In this document: piece by piece, positions 1-7,519 of the stretch
How the letters are laid out: each line of letters begins with the position of its first letter
How positions within the stretch are numbered: the first letter of the stretch is position 1
Origin: Desulfocapsa sulfexigens DSM 10523
GTDB lineage: Bacteria; Desulfobacterota; Desulfobulbia; Desulfobulbales; Desulfocapsaceae
NCBI RefSeq assembly: GCF_000341395.1
Contig: NC_020304.1
Location: 330,001-362,000, forward strand
Length of the DNA stretch: 32,000 nt
Direction of reading: 5' to 3'
Made by a program: the position numbers and the translations under genes
Notes under the pieces: model-generated
The model's database searches: none
What the model saw: only the letters and a program-made list of their open reading frames with translations
What the model was told of the DNA's origin: nothing

Positions 1-417
1 GCCTTCTCAGCTGAAAATAAAACAGAACTTTCGTCTGGACAAACGCTTTATGTAGCTATTTATTCAAATGTTTTTATTGGACCGAAAGAGCACCCCTTCA
101 ATCTAGCTGCAATGCTCAGCATAAGAAATACAGATTTATACAATCAACTCACTATCACCTCAGCAGAATACTTTGACAACAATGGCAAAATATTAAAGGA
201 ATACGCTAAAGAACCAATACTTCTTGCTCCTCTGGCGTCACATCACTTTTCAATAAAAGAAAGAGACGAATCTGGCGGCTTTGGCGCAAACTTCATCGTC
301 AAATGGAAAGCAACGAAAAAAATAAATCCACCAATAATCGAAAGCGTAATGATCGGAACAGGATCAGGAATCTCTTTTGTGAGTCAAAGTAAGGTAATTG
401 ATGAAAACACTAAATAA
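1..417 (+). CDS. DUF3124-family protein, 5' end outside the window
   Basis: Frame 1 is open from nt 1 (AFSAENKTELSSGQTLYVAIYSNVFIGPKEHPFNLAAMLSIRNTD...) and continues into the 112..417 track ORF. The GQTLYV.IYS, LSIRNTD, GANFIVKW and IIESVMIG pattern matches my recollection of DUF3124 proteins. Stop codon at 415-417. Confidence 0.7.
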   Translation, partial: AFSAENKTELSSGQTLYVAIYSNVFIGPKEHPFNLAAMLSIRNTDLYNQLTITSAEYFDNNGKILKEYAKEPILLAPLASHHFSIKERDESGGFGANFIVKWKATKKINPPIIESVMIGTGSGISFVSQSKVIDENTK

Positions 418-527
418 AAAGCCACTTGACCTATATATGCACCAGACGCAGAGATACCATTTTTTGCTGACAAACACTGGGTACGCTAGCGATGCATAAC
501 CTTATATTTTGTTAGAAAAACAATGTA

Positions 528-851
528 ATGAAAAAAATTGATTATCGAAATCAGGCGTTAAAAATCCTACCGTGGATCTGTGGTAACTGTGGCCGTGATT
601 TTTCAGGAAAAAAACTCAGAGAGTTGACGGTCCATCACAAAGATCATAATCATAAAAATAATCCCCCTGACGGAAGCAACTGGGAACTATTGTGTCTCTA
701 TTGTCATGACAACGAGCACTCCCGTATCTTGGATTCCGAATGGCTGCCAAGCCACAATTCTGACAACGACCGAAGCCCAGCTGCATACAATACTCCTTTT
801 AAAAACCTCAATAAACTTGTATCTGACAAGAAAAACAACGAACCAGAATAG
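528..851 (+). CDS. yajD: YajD-family HNH endonuclease
   Basis: Near-colinear with E. coli YajD as I recall it: ALKI.PW.CG.C, LRELTVHH.DH.H.NNP.DGSNWELLCLYCHD.EHS. The HNH Cys/His ligands are present. Confidence 0.85.
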   Translation: MKKIDYRNQALKILPWICGNCGRDFSGKKLRELTVHHKDHNHKNNPPDGSNWELLCLYCHDNEHSRILDSEWLPSHNSDNDRSPAAYNTPFKNLNKLVSDKKNNEPE

Positions 852-1085
852 CAAAGGCAGGAAACGCAACACGGCCCCGAAACTGCATTGGGTCGGTTAT
901 CTCGACTTTACAGATACTTGGTACTACAAGGAGCCAATTTCACCACTTAGTTATGTGTGCTTGACTTATTTCCCACTATTGATAGAGTAATTCATTCTTG
1001 GAAGTCTTCAGCGGTAGAGAGTTGGACATAAAAACGCAACAAAGGCCTCGCTCCTTAACCAAAAAGCACTGTAAAGAAAAACCAA

Positions 1086-1450
1086 ATGAGAACAATTAAT
1101 ATAGCAACTTTTTTCATGGCTATTCTATTGCTGAGTGTCAACGCATCTGCCCAACCTTCAGGAGAGGAGAGGCAGGGGAATTCGTAATTCATAATCAATC
1201 AGAAAAAATCGTAGTCGGATTTTATACCAATGATGGGAATGGATGGAGCTCGAACTGGCTTTCAGAAGAGCTTGCCCCGGACCAAGCCGCTACGGCTGAA
1301 TTTGCAGATGACATGGGAGCTTGTGACCAGATACTGCAAGTGGGATGGCTTGGTGAGGATGGCAGTGAAATTCTTGACGATCCAATCAGTATAGATATTT
1401 GCAAAACGTCTAATGTTTATGTTTCAGACAATGAAATATACTATGACTGA
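1086..1450 (+). pseudogene. Small secreted protein interrupted by a frameshift at a G4 run (or an assembly indel)
   Basis: ATG 1086 opens a typical Sec signal peptide (MRTINIATFFMAILLLSVNASA/QPSGEERQG) that stops at TAA 1185-1187. The -1 frame is open from 1100 to TGA 1448-1450. It encodes a coherent roughly 90-aa two-Cys domain (EFVIHNQSEKIVVGFYTNDGNGWSSNWLSEEL...ICKTSNVYVSDNEIYYD) with no start codon of its own. Adding one G to GGGG 1175-1178 fuses the two parts into a 121-aa precursor. Confidence 0.55.
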
Positions 1451-1638
1451 CAGATAAGAGATTGAAGGCCATCTCACTCTCGCGGCCTGCCTGGAGCGAA
1501 CATCGGGGATAATTCATTGTTTTTTTTTAAGTTCTATAGAAACATAGCAGACAGAGATATCAAATACGATTAGACTGAGAAAAGCCAACCCGTCGTTAAA
1601 GACAGGAAGGAGAGCCACTGGCCTTCTGTTATATAGAT

Positions 1639-1677
1639 AGCCGGGTTGCCTTAAATGAGGTGGCCCGGCTTTTTTTG
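1639..1677 (+). terminator. Rho-independent terminator, plus-strand specific
   Basis: A 12-bp stem (1639-1650 with 1659-1670: AGCCGGGTTGCC / GGTGGCCCGGCT) includes 3 G.U pairs that would be A.C mismatches on the other strand. Loop is TTAAATGA, followed by TTTTTTT at 1670-1676. Confidence 0.75.
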
Positions 1678-1766
1678 TTCAGTTCATGGCTATAGTTGTG
1701 GACAGACTCTTATAATGGCATAATTGGATCCGACCACATAACTCATCAGCCAAGGAAACAAAAAAA

Positions 1767-1970
1767 ATGCCTTTTGTTAATATCAAAATCACAAATGAAG
1801 ATGTTACTCCTGAAAAGAAAGCTGAATTAATAAAAGGGGCAACTGAATTATTAAAAAATGTGCTTGGAAAAAATCCGGCAACCACAGTTGTTGTAATTGA
1901 AGAGATAGATACAGACAATTGGGGGATCGGTGGGGAAACTGTCACCCAAAGAAGAAAAAACGGAAAATGA
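1767..1970 (+). CDS. 4-oxalocrotonate tautomerase family protein
   Basis: 67 aa beginning MPFVNIKI (catalytic Pro1 after Met removal) with the typical beta-alpha-beta length and pattern (..PEKKAELIKGATELL...LGK.P..T.VVI.E...DNWG.GG). A perfect TATAAT lies at 1711-1716 upstream. Confidence 0.85.
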   Translation: MPFVNIKITNEDVTPEKKAELIKGATELLKNVLGKNPATTVVVIEEIDTDNWGIGGETVTQRRKNGK

Positions 1971-2061
1971 AAACTGTTTTCATAACCAGAACTTCATATT
2001 CACCCCTGAAACAGCGCCACATCAAATCAGCTCAGTAGTAAGTTTTAAAGGAAACAAAACA

Positions 2062-2478
2062 ATGAAAAAGTTATTTCTCGGAATATGTCTGACTGTATTG
2101 CTGTCAAGTTATGGTTGTGCGCCTCATGTCAACACTTTGTCAGTTGATGTATTAGCCAAGACTACCTCCAGTTGGAACGGCGGAACCTTACCTGTTTATT
2201 CAAAAGGTCAACCCGAAGTAACAATACTAAAAATAATAATACCTCCCAAAATGACCTTGCCTCTTCATCAACATCCAGTAATTAATGCGGGTGTATTGCT
2301 GAAAGGAGAGTTAACCGTTGTAACAACAGACAACAAAACGATACAGCTAGAAGCAGGTGATCCAATCGTAGAGGTAGTTAATACGTGGCATTACGGGAAA
2401 AATGAGGGTAATGAAGCAGCAGAAATAATAGTTTTTTATGCCGGAATCCAGAACAAACCAATAACCATTAAAAAATAG
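2062..2478 (+). CDS. Cupin-domain protein with N-terminal signal peptide (possible lipoprotein)
   Basis: Internal ATG 2062 is preceded by AAAGGAAA. The signal peptide is MKKLFLGICLTVLLSSYGC. Cupin motifs are PLHQHP....GVLLKGELTV and G.......W.YG.NEG. The GTG-1930 extension of the track ORF has no signal-peptide logic. Confidence 0.75.
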   Translation: MKKLFLGICLTVLLSSYGCAPHVNTLSVDVLAKTTSSWNGGTLPVYSKGQPEVTILKIIIPPKMTLPLHQHPVINAGVLLKGELTVVTTDNKTIQLEAGDPIVEVVNTWHYGKNEGNEAAEIIVFYAGIQNKPITIKK

Positions 2479-2733
2479 AATTCATGACATAAAAAGTCAC
2501 TACACTGGATTTGTCACTCCTGTAGACCCAACCATTGCTAAATAACAATATTTGGGAAGGCAATAGAGCAAAAACAAGACTTATTCATTTAACTCTCAAC
2601 ATCGAGTATCAAACAGTGAAAATCATAAAGTCAGACGGTTCACTTGACGCTGAGACCATCTGTGGCACAACGGAGAGTATTGTGGGGATGCAAGTGTCCC
2701 ATATCGTTCAACCTCAAAAAACGGAGATTAAAA

Positions 2734-3276
2734 ATGAAATGGAAAACAAATGATGGGGGATGGAGCCCTTACCTCGCCGGGGCCCTCTTAGGTCTCTTGG
2801 CCATTGCTTCAGTCCTTGCAACAACACAATTCCTTGGTAAAACAAGCTACTTAGGAGCATCAACAACGTTCGTCCGTGCCGCCGGTATTTTAGAGCAGAC
2901 AATTGCTACGGATCATGTGATCTCAAACGAGTATTTCACCAAAACAAAGGTTCGTGTTGACTGGCAGTTCATGCTAGTTGTTGGGATTGTCCTGGGTTCC
3001 CTTATTTCTTCCACTATGGATAAGAGTTTCCGGATTGAGAGCGTTCCTCCCACGTGGAAGAAACGATTTGGCCCCTCTATCGGAAAGCGTGCATTCGGTG
3101 CATTTGTAGGTGGAATTATCGCCATGATCGGAGCTCGTTTGGCTAGTGGCTGCCCAAGTGGACATGGTCTCAGCGGGATGATGCAATTGTCGGTTAGTTC
3201 GTTTGTGGCTTTAGGTATGTTTTTTAGCGTAGGTGTTTTGGTTGCTCATATGGTTTACAAAAGGAGAGCATCATGA
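2734..3276 (+). CDS. YeeE/YedE-family sulfur(selenium)-compound transporter, first half-size subunit
   Basis: ATG 2734 is preceded by GGAG at about 2722. It is a polytopic membrane protein with the conserved SGCPSGHGLSG Cys motif. It overlaps the next gene by ATGA at 3273-3276. Confidence 0.75.
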   Translation: MKWKTNDGGWSPYLAGALLGLLAIASVLATTQFLGKTSYLGASTTFVRAAGILEQTIATDHVISNEYFTKTKVRVDWQFMLVVGIVLGSLISSTMDKSFRIESVPPTWKKRFGPSIGKRAFGAFVGGIIAMIGARLASGCPSGHGLSGMMQLSVSSFVALGMFFSVGVLVAHMVYKRRAS

Positions 3277-3803
3277 ACAGCAGTCAATGGTTGGGTCTAG
3301 TCACTGGTGTACTTTTTGGTTTTCTACTCCAAAAAGGTCGTGTTCTTCGTTTCGACAAACAAGTTGGAGCAATGCTGTTAAAGGATATGACGATATTCAA
3401 ATTCATGCTGTCGGCAATTATGGTGGGAATGGTCGGGATACTCCTGCTCGCAAATTTTGAGGTCATTACTTTGAGCCACAAGCCAATGAACGTAGGTGCT
3501 GTGTTGATAGGAGGCGCCTTGTTCGGTGCCGGATGGGCAATCATGGGTTTTTGCCCCGGTACATCACTGGGTGCTTTGGGCGAAGGTCGCTGGCATGCGG
3601 TGTTTGCTATAATAGGCATGGTGGTCGGAGCAGCCTTGTATGCCGAGCTCTACCCTTTCTTTAAAGCAACCATTCTGGCGTGGAAAGATTTCGGAAAAAT
3701 TGGAATACCGGAAACACTTGGTATTTCGCAATGGATAATCATTCCAGTATTTTGGGTAGGGACAATCACTTTATTCTTTTTATTTGAGAAGAAAAAATTG
3801 TAA
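3273..3803 (+). CDS. YeeE/YedE-family transporter, second half-size subunit
   Basis: AAGGAGAG Shine-Dalgarno sequence at 3261-3268. It is hydrophobic with a GFCPGTSLGALGEG motif, the same family Cys motif as its partner. It is translationally coupled to 2734..3276. Confidence 0.75.
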   Translation: MNSSQWLGLVTGVLFGFLLQKGRVLRFDKQVGAMLLKDMTIFKFMLSAIMVGMVGILLLANFEVITLSHKPMNVGAVLIGGALFGAGWAIMGFCPGTSLGALGEGRWHAVFAIIGMVVGAALYAELYPFFKATILAWKDFGKIGIPETLGISQWIIIPVFWVGTITLFFLFEKKKL

Positions 3804-4111
3804 ATCGTGATGATCTTTGCAACATTGACTGGCTACGTGACTGCCCCGCTTAGTCAGTCTACCTAACCCGGCCTCCTCTTGGGCTGCAGTTCGAATTCGC
3901 CTCTGCAAAAGCTGATAGCCAAAATCGTGTCACGCCGACCCCGCCCGCCGAACATCATCTCGTGTGGTTTACCGACAGACTGTTCAGAAGGGTGGAGGCG
4001 TACTCCTCATCAAAATTCGTTGAAAAATCGGGGAATTTTCTATTTGTGGAAAGCCCACCCAATTTGACCTTAATCGTTGATGAGTTCTGGAAAACACAAG
4101 GATAAACAAAT

Positions 4112-4690
4112 ATGGATACAGCTTTACAGGTCTGGGGAGGTGGCTCATACCTCCTTAATAAAATTTTATTTGCCTTAGCAGAAGGGAAAAAACAAGATAT
4201 AAAAAGAAAGTTAAAGCTATATGCCTGGGTTATATACATTGTTGGAGTCCCTGCGTGGGTGGTAATACTCCTTAGTGAGCAAAACTGGATAGCAGCTTCC
4301 ATAGAAGCTGGCGGAGTGCCATCAATGTGTTTAGGCTTATATACAGTGTATCAGTATTCTAAAGCACCAGGTAGTATTCTTGACAAAGTTGCTTCATTCT
4401 TCACCTATGGTTCTATATTTTTAGGTGTTGGTTACAGCCTGGTTGATTATGGTGGAATAACATCATTTTCCCAGGTTTTAGAAATGGGAGTAATGCTGGG
4501 TTTTCTATTGGGAAGCTATCTATTAGCCAAAAACAATAGAATTGGTTGGTTGTTTTTTATGCTGATGAATGCGAGTATGGCTATTCTCATGCTCACTCAG
4601 CAAAAACCACTCCTGACGGCTCAACAAATTATATCGTTAGGTTTTGTAATCTACGGTTTCAGGGCATCAAGAAAAACAAATCCATTATAA
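4112..4690 (+). CDS. Integral membrane protein, PnuC-like (nicotinamide-riboside-type transporter fold), tentative
   Basis: AAGGA lies 9 nt upstream of the ATG. There are about 6-7 predicted TM helices and two internally similar segments (NKILFALAEG...YAWVIYIVG and LLAKNNRIGWLFFMLMNASMAILM...VIYGF). These resemble the W/N-containing repeats of PnuC proteins. The assignment is from memory only. Confidence 0.45.
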   Translation: MDTALQVWGGGSYLLNKILFALAEGKKQDIKRKLKLYAWVIYIVGVPAWVVILLSEQNWIAASIEAGGVPSMCLGLYTVYQYSKAPGSILDKVASFFTYGSIFLGVGYSLVDYGGITSFSQVLEMGVMLGFLLGSYLLAKNNRIGWLFFMLMNASMAILMLTQQKPLLTAQQIISLGFVIYGFRASRKTNPL

Positions 4691-4771
4691 AAAATTTATT
4701 CACCAGACGCTTAACCAGTATTTGACAAGAGATGAGCCAAAACCGTTCAACCAAACATTCAGTGTAAATAA

Positions 4772-5383
4772 ATGAAAGACTTCATAAGCTCTTCAGCTTT
4801 ATTGTTAATGCTACTCAATCCGTTTCTTGTTGTAGTCTACCTTATCGACGTAATGCAGAAAATGGAGGGGAGGATATTCCGTCACGTGCTGTTGCGCGCC
4901 GCCATGATTTCAAGTGTTGTTTTTTGTGTTTTTGCCATCCTCGGCGATGCTGTTTTTTCAGAAATTGTGCAAGTGGAGTTTGCTTCCTTTCAGATTTTTG
5001 GAGGCATTGTATTTCTGCTCATAGGTCTCCAATTTTTTTTTCGTGGTCCACAGGCAATAGAAATTTTAAGAGGAGAATCAGAGCATTTGGCAGGTGCTAT
5101 TGCCATGCCTGTTTTAATAGGTCCAGGCACTATTAGCGTAAGTGTTATTATTGGAAAAAGGCTTGATCCACTTATGGCATGTATAAGCATATTGTCTGCT
5201 ATCTGTATCTCTATCATCATCATACTTCTACTCAAATCTCTGCATGACATTGTGCGTACAAGCCATGAACGATTGATTCAACGATATATAGAAGTAGCAG
5301 GCCGAATCACAGCACTGTACGTCGGAACAGTATCAATCGAAATGATAATGCAAGGCGTTCGTACATGGGCAGGCAAGTTTTAA
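4772..5383 (+). CDS. MarC-family (UPF0056/NAAT) membrane protein
   Basis: 203-aa six-TM-type protein with an N-terminal LLNPF segment and a GPGTISV motif typical of the MarC family. Confidence 0.7.
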   Translation: MKDFISSSALLLMLLNPFLVVVYLIDVMQKMEGRIFRHVLLRAAMISSVVFCVFAILGDAVFSEIVQVEFASFQIFGGIVFLLIGLQFFFRGPQAIEILRGESEHLAGAIAMPVLIGPGTISVSVIIGKRLDPLMACISILSAICISIIIILLLKSLHDIVRTSHERLIQRYIEVAGRITALYVGTVSIEMIMQGVRTWAGKF

Positions 5384-5510
5384 TACCACCGCACCGAACC
5401 AGTGCGGTCACAAGACGTCAAGAAGTGTCACGTCGCTGACGAGACTGGTATGGAAGGGCCAGCTGACAAGCCCCTGCGGGTCACTATTAGAAAAGGAAGA
5501 ATTCCCATCC

Positions 5511-6008
5511 CTAATCCATCGGAACAAGAGAAAACCCCCTGTTCTGATAGGCAATCATGGAAATGTACCCATTCTGGGTCACTTCTACTTCAGCCCGGAA
5601 ATCCTCCGGGTTGATCCCCTGAAGGTCTGCTGCCATGAGACACTGTTCCATGTGGACACCTTCTTTGGCAAAGGTTTCAAGCCATTCATGTACTTCAGCC
5701 TTTGCCAGCTTTTCCTCTTCCTCAACATACCCGGTACCACTGGTGATAAACTGACTGGCTTTTCCGCGAAAAGCGATAACAACTTCAGGTTTAACGCCAG
5801 CTGCCTTGAGCTGTGAAAGTGTTTTGTCTATAAGTGAAAGACGAAGTACTAACTTTTGCGGATTACCAACGTTGACGTCAAAATAGATTTTTACAGTTTC
5901 AAGTCCTGCCAGAGATTGGCTTTGGGTATATTCCTTCCCCTGGGCGATTCCAAAAGAAAAAAACAGAAATGCAGAAATACATATCAGTAAAAGCGTTCGT
6001 GTAAACAT
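5511..6008 (-). CDS. DsrE/DsrF-like sulfur-relay family protein with signal peptide
   Basis: GGAGG lies 7 nt upstream of ATG 6008. The N-terminal signal peptide is MFTRTLLLICISAFLFFSFGIAQG. The body matches the COG1416/DsrE-like pattern (KIYFDVNVGNP..., VVIAFRGKA, conserved Cys in EQCLMAADLQGI, QNGYISMIAYQNRGF). Confidence 0.75.
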   Translation of the reverse strand: MFTRTLLLICISAFLFFSFGIAQGKEYTQSQSLAGLETVKIYFDVNVGNPQKLVLRLSLIDKTLSQLKAAGVKPEVVIAFRGKASQFITSGTGYVEEEEKLAKAEVHEWLETFAKEGVHMEQCLMAADLQGINPEDFRAEVEVTQNGYISMIAYQNRGFSLVPMD

Positions 6009-6087
6009 GACATACCTCCGGTGTGAGAAATTATTTGGATTTTTGTGATAGGAGCACTCACGCTATTACAAGGACAATATACACGAA

Positions 6088-6122
6088 TGCCACAATGTGC
6101 CACATTATTGTGATTACCACAA
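6088..6122 (-). promoter_or_regulatory. Operator-like array of CCACA/TGTGG boxes and two palindromes upstream of the dsrE-like gene
   Basis: TGCCACA is directly repeated at 6088-6094 and 6098-6104, giving 10-bp phasing. There is a 6-1-6 palindrome AATGTG-C-CACATT at 6094-6106 and a 5-5-5 palindrome TTGTG-ATTAC-CACAA at 6108-6122. All lie 80-115 nt upstream of ATG 6008. Confidence 0.3.
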
Positions 6123-6364
6123 CTAAAGAAATAACACCAGGAGTGGGAGGTTTGGGAATGCCTCATTTCTGGACAGACACTAGATAGCCACCTTTAATAC
6201 CCGTTAAAGATGGATATTAAAGGCGGAGGATTGTTTACAAAAAAACGAGCTTAGAGCTTAGGGCTAACTCGACTGCTCAGTCATCAGAGACAAACAGGCA
6301 GTCAGGTTCTGGGGATACTGTCTGTCTCATACTGTGCTAACAATGAAGGGATAGAATGATTCTC

Positions 6365-7291
6365 TTAAACCTCTTTAATCCCCTCCAGCTTCCAGTCCTG
6401 CGTGCCAAGCGGCCTTGCCCAACTCCACTCTTCAGCAAATTTCACAGGTTCGGTATCACTGCCTGAAATCAGTTCACCGCTCTCATCATCCACGGTATAA
6501 TCAAGAAGGTTGGCTGTGAAAAGAACGGTCACAAAATCCTCTCCACTTTCAGATCCGGCCGCCACAACTTCAACGTTGCGGATGGATATATTTTCCAGTT
6601 TATTAAGTTCTCCTTTAGATTCCATCTCAGCAAACTGCGCTTGGTATTCTGAGGCAAGCTGCTCACCTAAAAGGTGCCTGTACGAGCTAATATCACGTCG
6701 CATCCAGCCAGCCTGAACCTTAAAAAAAACGTCTGAAGCCACTTCTACAAAATAGTTCGCATCAAAATCGGGATCTGCAATGCGTATGATTTCCAGTCCC
6801 TCCTCCAGGCTCGCTTTTTCCGGTTCCTGGGAGGAAGGTGTAAAACCATGCTGAGTCGGAGAATCCTTGCTGTCAAAGTTACCTCCAAAGACATTGTCAT
6901 TCTGAGGTGGTGCCTGATAGCCCGGAGGAGGACCATTGTAAGGACGTGCAGCAAACCTCCTGTACAGAAAGTAGCCAGCGACGCCAAGAAGGATCAGAGG
7001 AAGCATCCCCATCCCCGAGCCACCCATCCCAAACATGCTGCCCAGCAGCATGCCACCAAGTGCCCCACCAAGCAAACCACCCATCAAACCACGATTCACA
7101 CCTGATTTTTGTTGTGTAGCTGGCTGCTGTTTTTTTGTTACTGGCGCACTCTGTCTTGGTGCAGAGCGAAAAGTTCGACCGCCCATACGGGAGCGCGCAT
7201 CGGCGTACTCTGCCATGATGCCAGCCTCGACAAAACAGAGAGTGAAAAAGACGAGAAAAAAAGGAGTGAGATTCCTCATAACCATGAACAT
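6365..7291 (-). CDS. Tim44-like domain membrane protein
   Basis: It has an N-terminal hydrophobic segment, a Gly/Met-rich TM region (GLMGGLLGGALGGMLLGSMFGMGG) and a Pro/Gln-rich linker. The C-terminal domain is DPDFDANYFVEVASDVFFKVQAGWMRRD...LLDYTVDD..G.........F.E.W.W....DWKLEGI, characteristic of bacterial Tim44-like proteins. The exact start (M1, M3 or M5) is uncertain. Confidence 0.75.
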   Translation of the reverse strand: MFMVMRNLTPFFLVFFTLCFVEAGIMAEYADARSRMGGRTFRSAPRQSAPVTKKQQPATQQKSGVNRGLMGGLLGGALGGMLLGSMFGMGGSGMGMLPLILLGVAGYFLYRRFAARPYNGPPPGYQAPPQNDNVFGGNFDSKDSPTQHGFTPSSQEPEKASLEEGLEIIRIADPDFDANYFVEVASDVFFKVQAGWMRRDISSYRHLLGEQLASEYQAQFAEMESKGELNKLENISIRNVEVVAAGSESGEDFVTVLFTANLLDYTVDDESGELISGSDTEPVKFAEEWSWARPLGTQDWKLEGIKEV

Positions 7292-7519
7292 GTGTTGCCT
7301 CCGAAAAAATTCAAAGAAAAGATAATTACAATGTTTGTGTCATCTGACAGCAGTCTCAGCTTTGCCATCTTTGCTGCAAAGGCTAAGACAGAAAAAAACA
7401 CTTAAGGACGGTCAAAACATTACACGAGACCATCAAATTATGATAGTGTATTCCGAATATGTAAAAACAATACCGACCTATCCCAATAGGTTTTACAAAA
7501 TCATACTACAAGGAAAATA

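Noticed and set aside
1930-2061. GTG-initiated 44-aa N-terminal extension of the cupin ORF
   Set aside because: The extension overlaps the tautomerase 3' end and is hydrophilic filler. The internal ATG 2062 has a Shine-Dalgarno sequence and starts a canonical signal peptide.
3886-3901. GCAGTTCGAATTCGCC resembles a tRNA T-arm (GGTTCGAATCC), considered as a tRNA remnant or integration scar
   Set aside because: The flanking bases do not form a T-stem or acceptor stem, and I could not fold a cloverleaf. The match is too short to be meaningful.
3955-4302. 115-aa minus-strand ORF spanning the PnuC-like start region
   Set aside because: It overlaps the 5' end of a well-formed membrane-protein gene in antisense. 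It has no motifs and no ribosome-binding site.
6094-6110. Sigma-54-like TGGCAC...GGCA on the minus strand upstream of the dsrE-like gene. A similar TGGCAC occurs at 2663-2668 upstream of the YeeE/YedE genes.
   Set aside because: In the first case the GG-to-GC spacing is one nt short of the strict -24/-12 geometry and the TTGC element is missing. In the second case no GC element at all follows at the right distance.
5984-6166. 60-aa Cys/His-rich minus-strand ORF (6 Cys, 6 His) overlapping the dsrE-like start, considered as a metal-binding micro-protein or leader peptide
   Set aside because: It has no Shine-Dalgarno sequence. It overlaps the GGAGG and ATG of the dsrE-like gene out of frame. 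Its Cys/His codons arise from the TGTGG/CCACA repeat array, which is better explained as a DNA operator.
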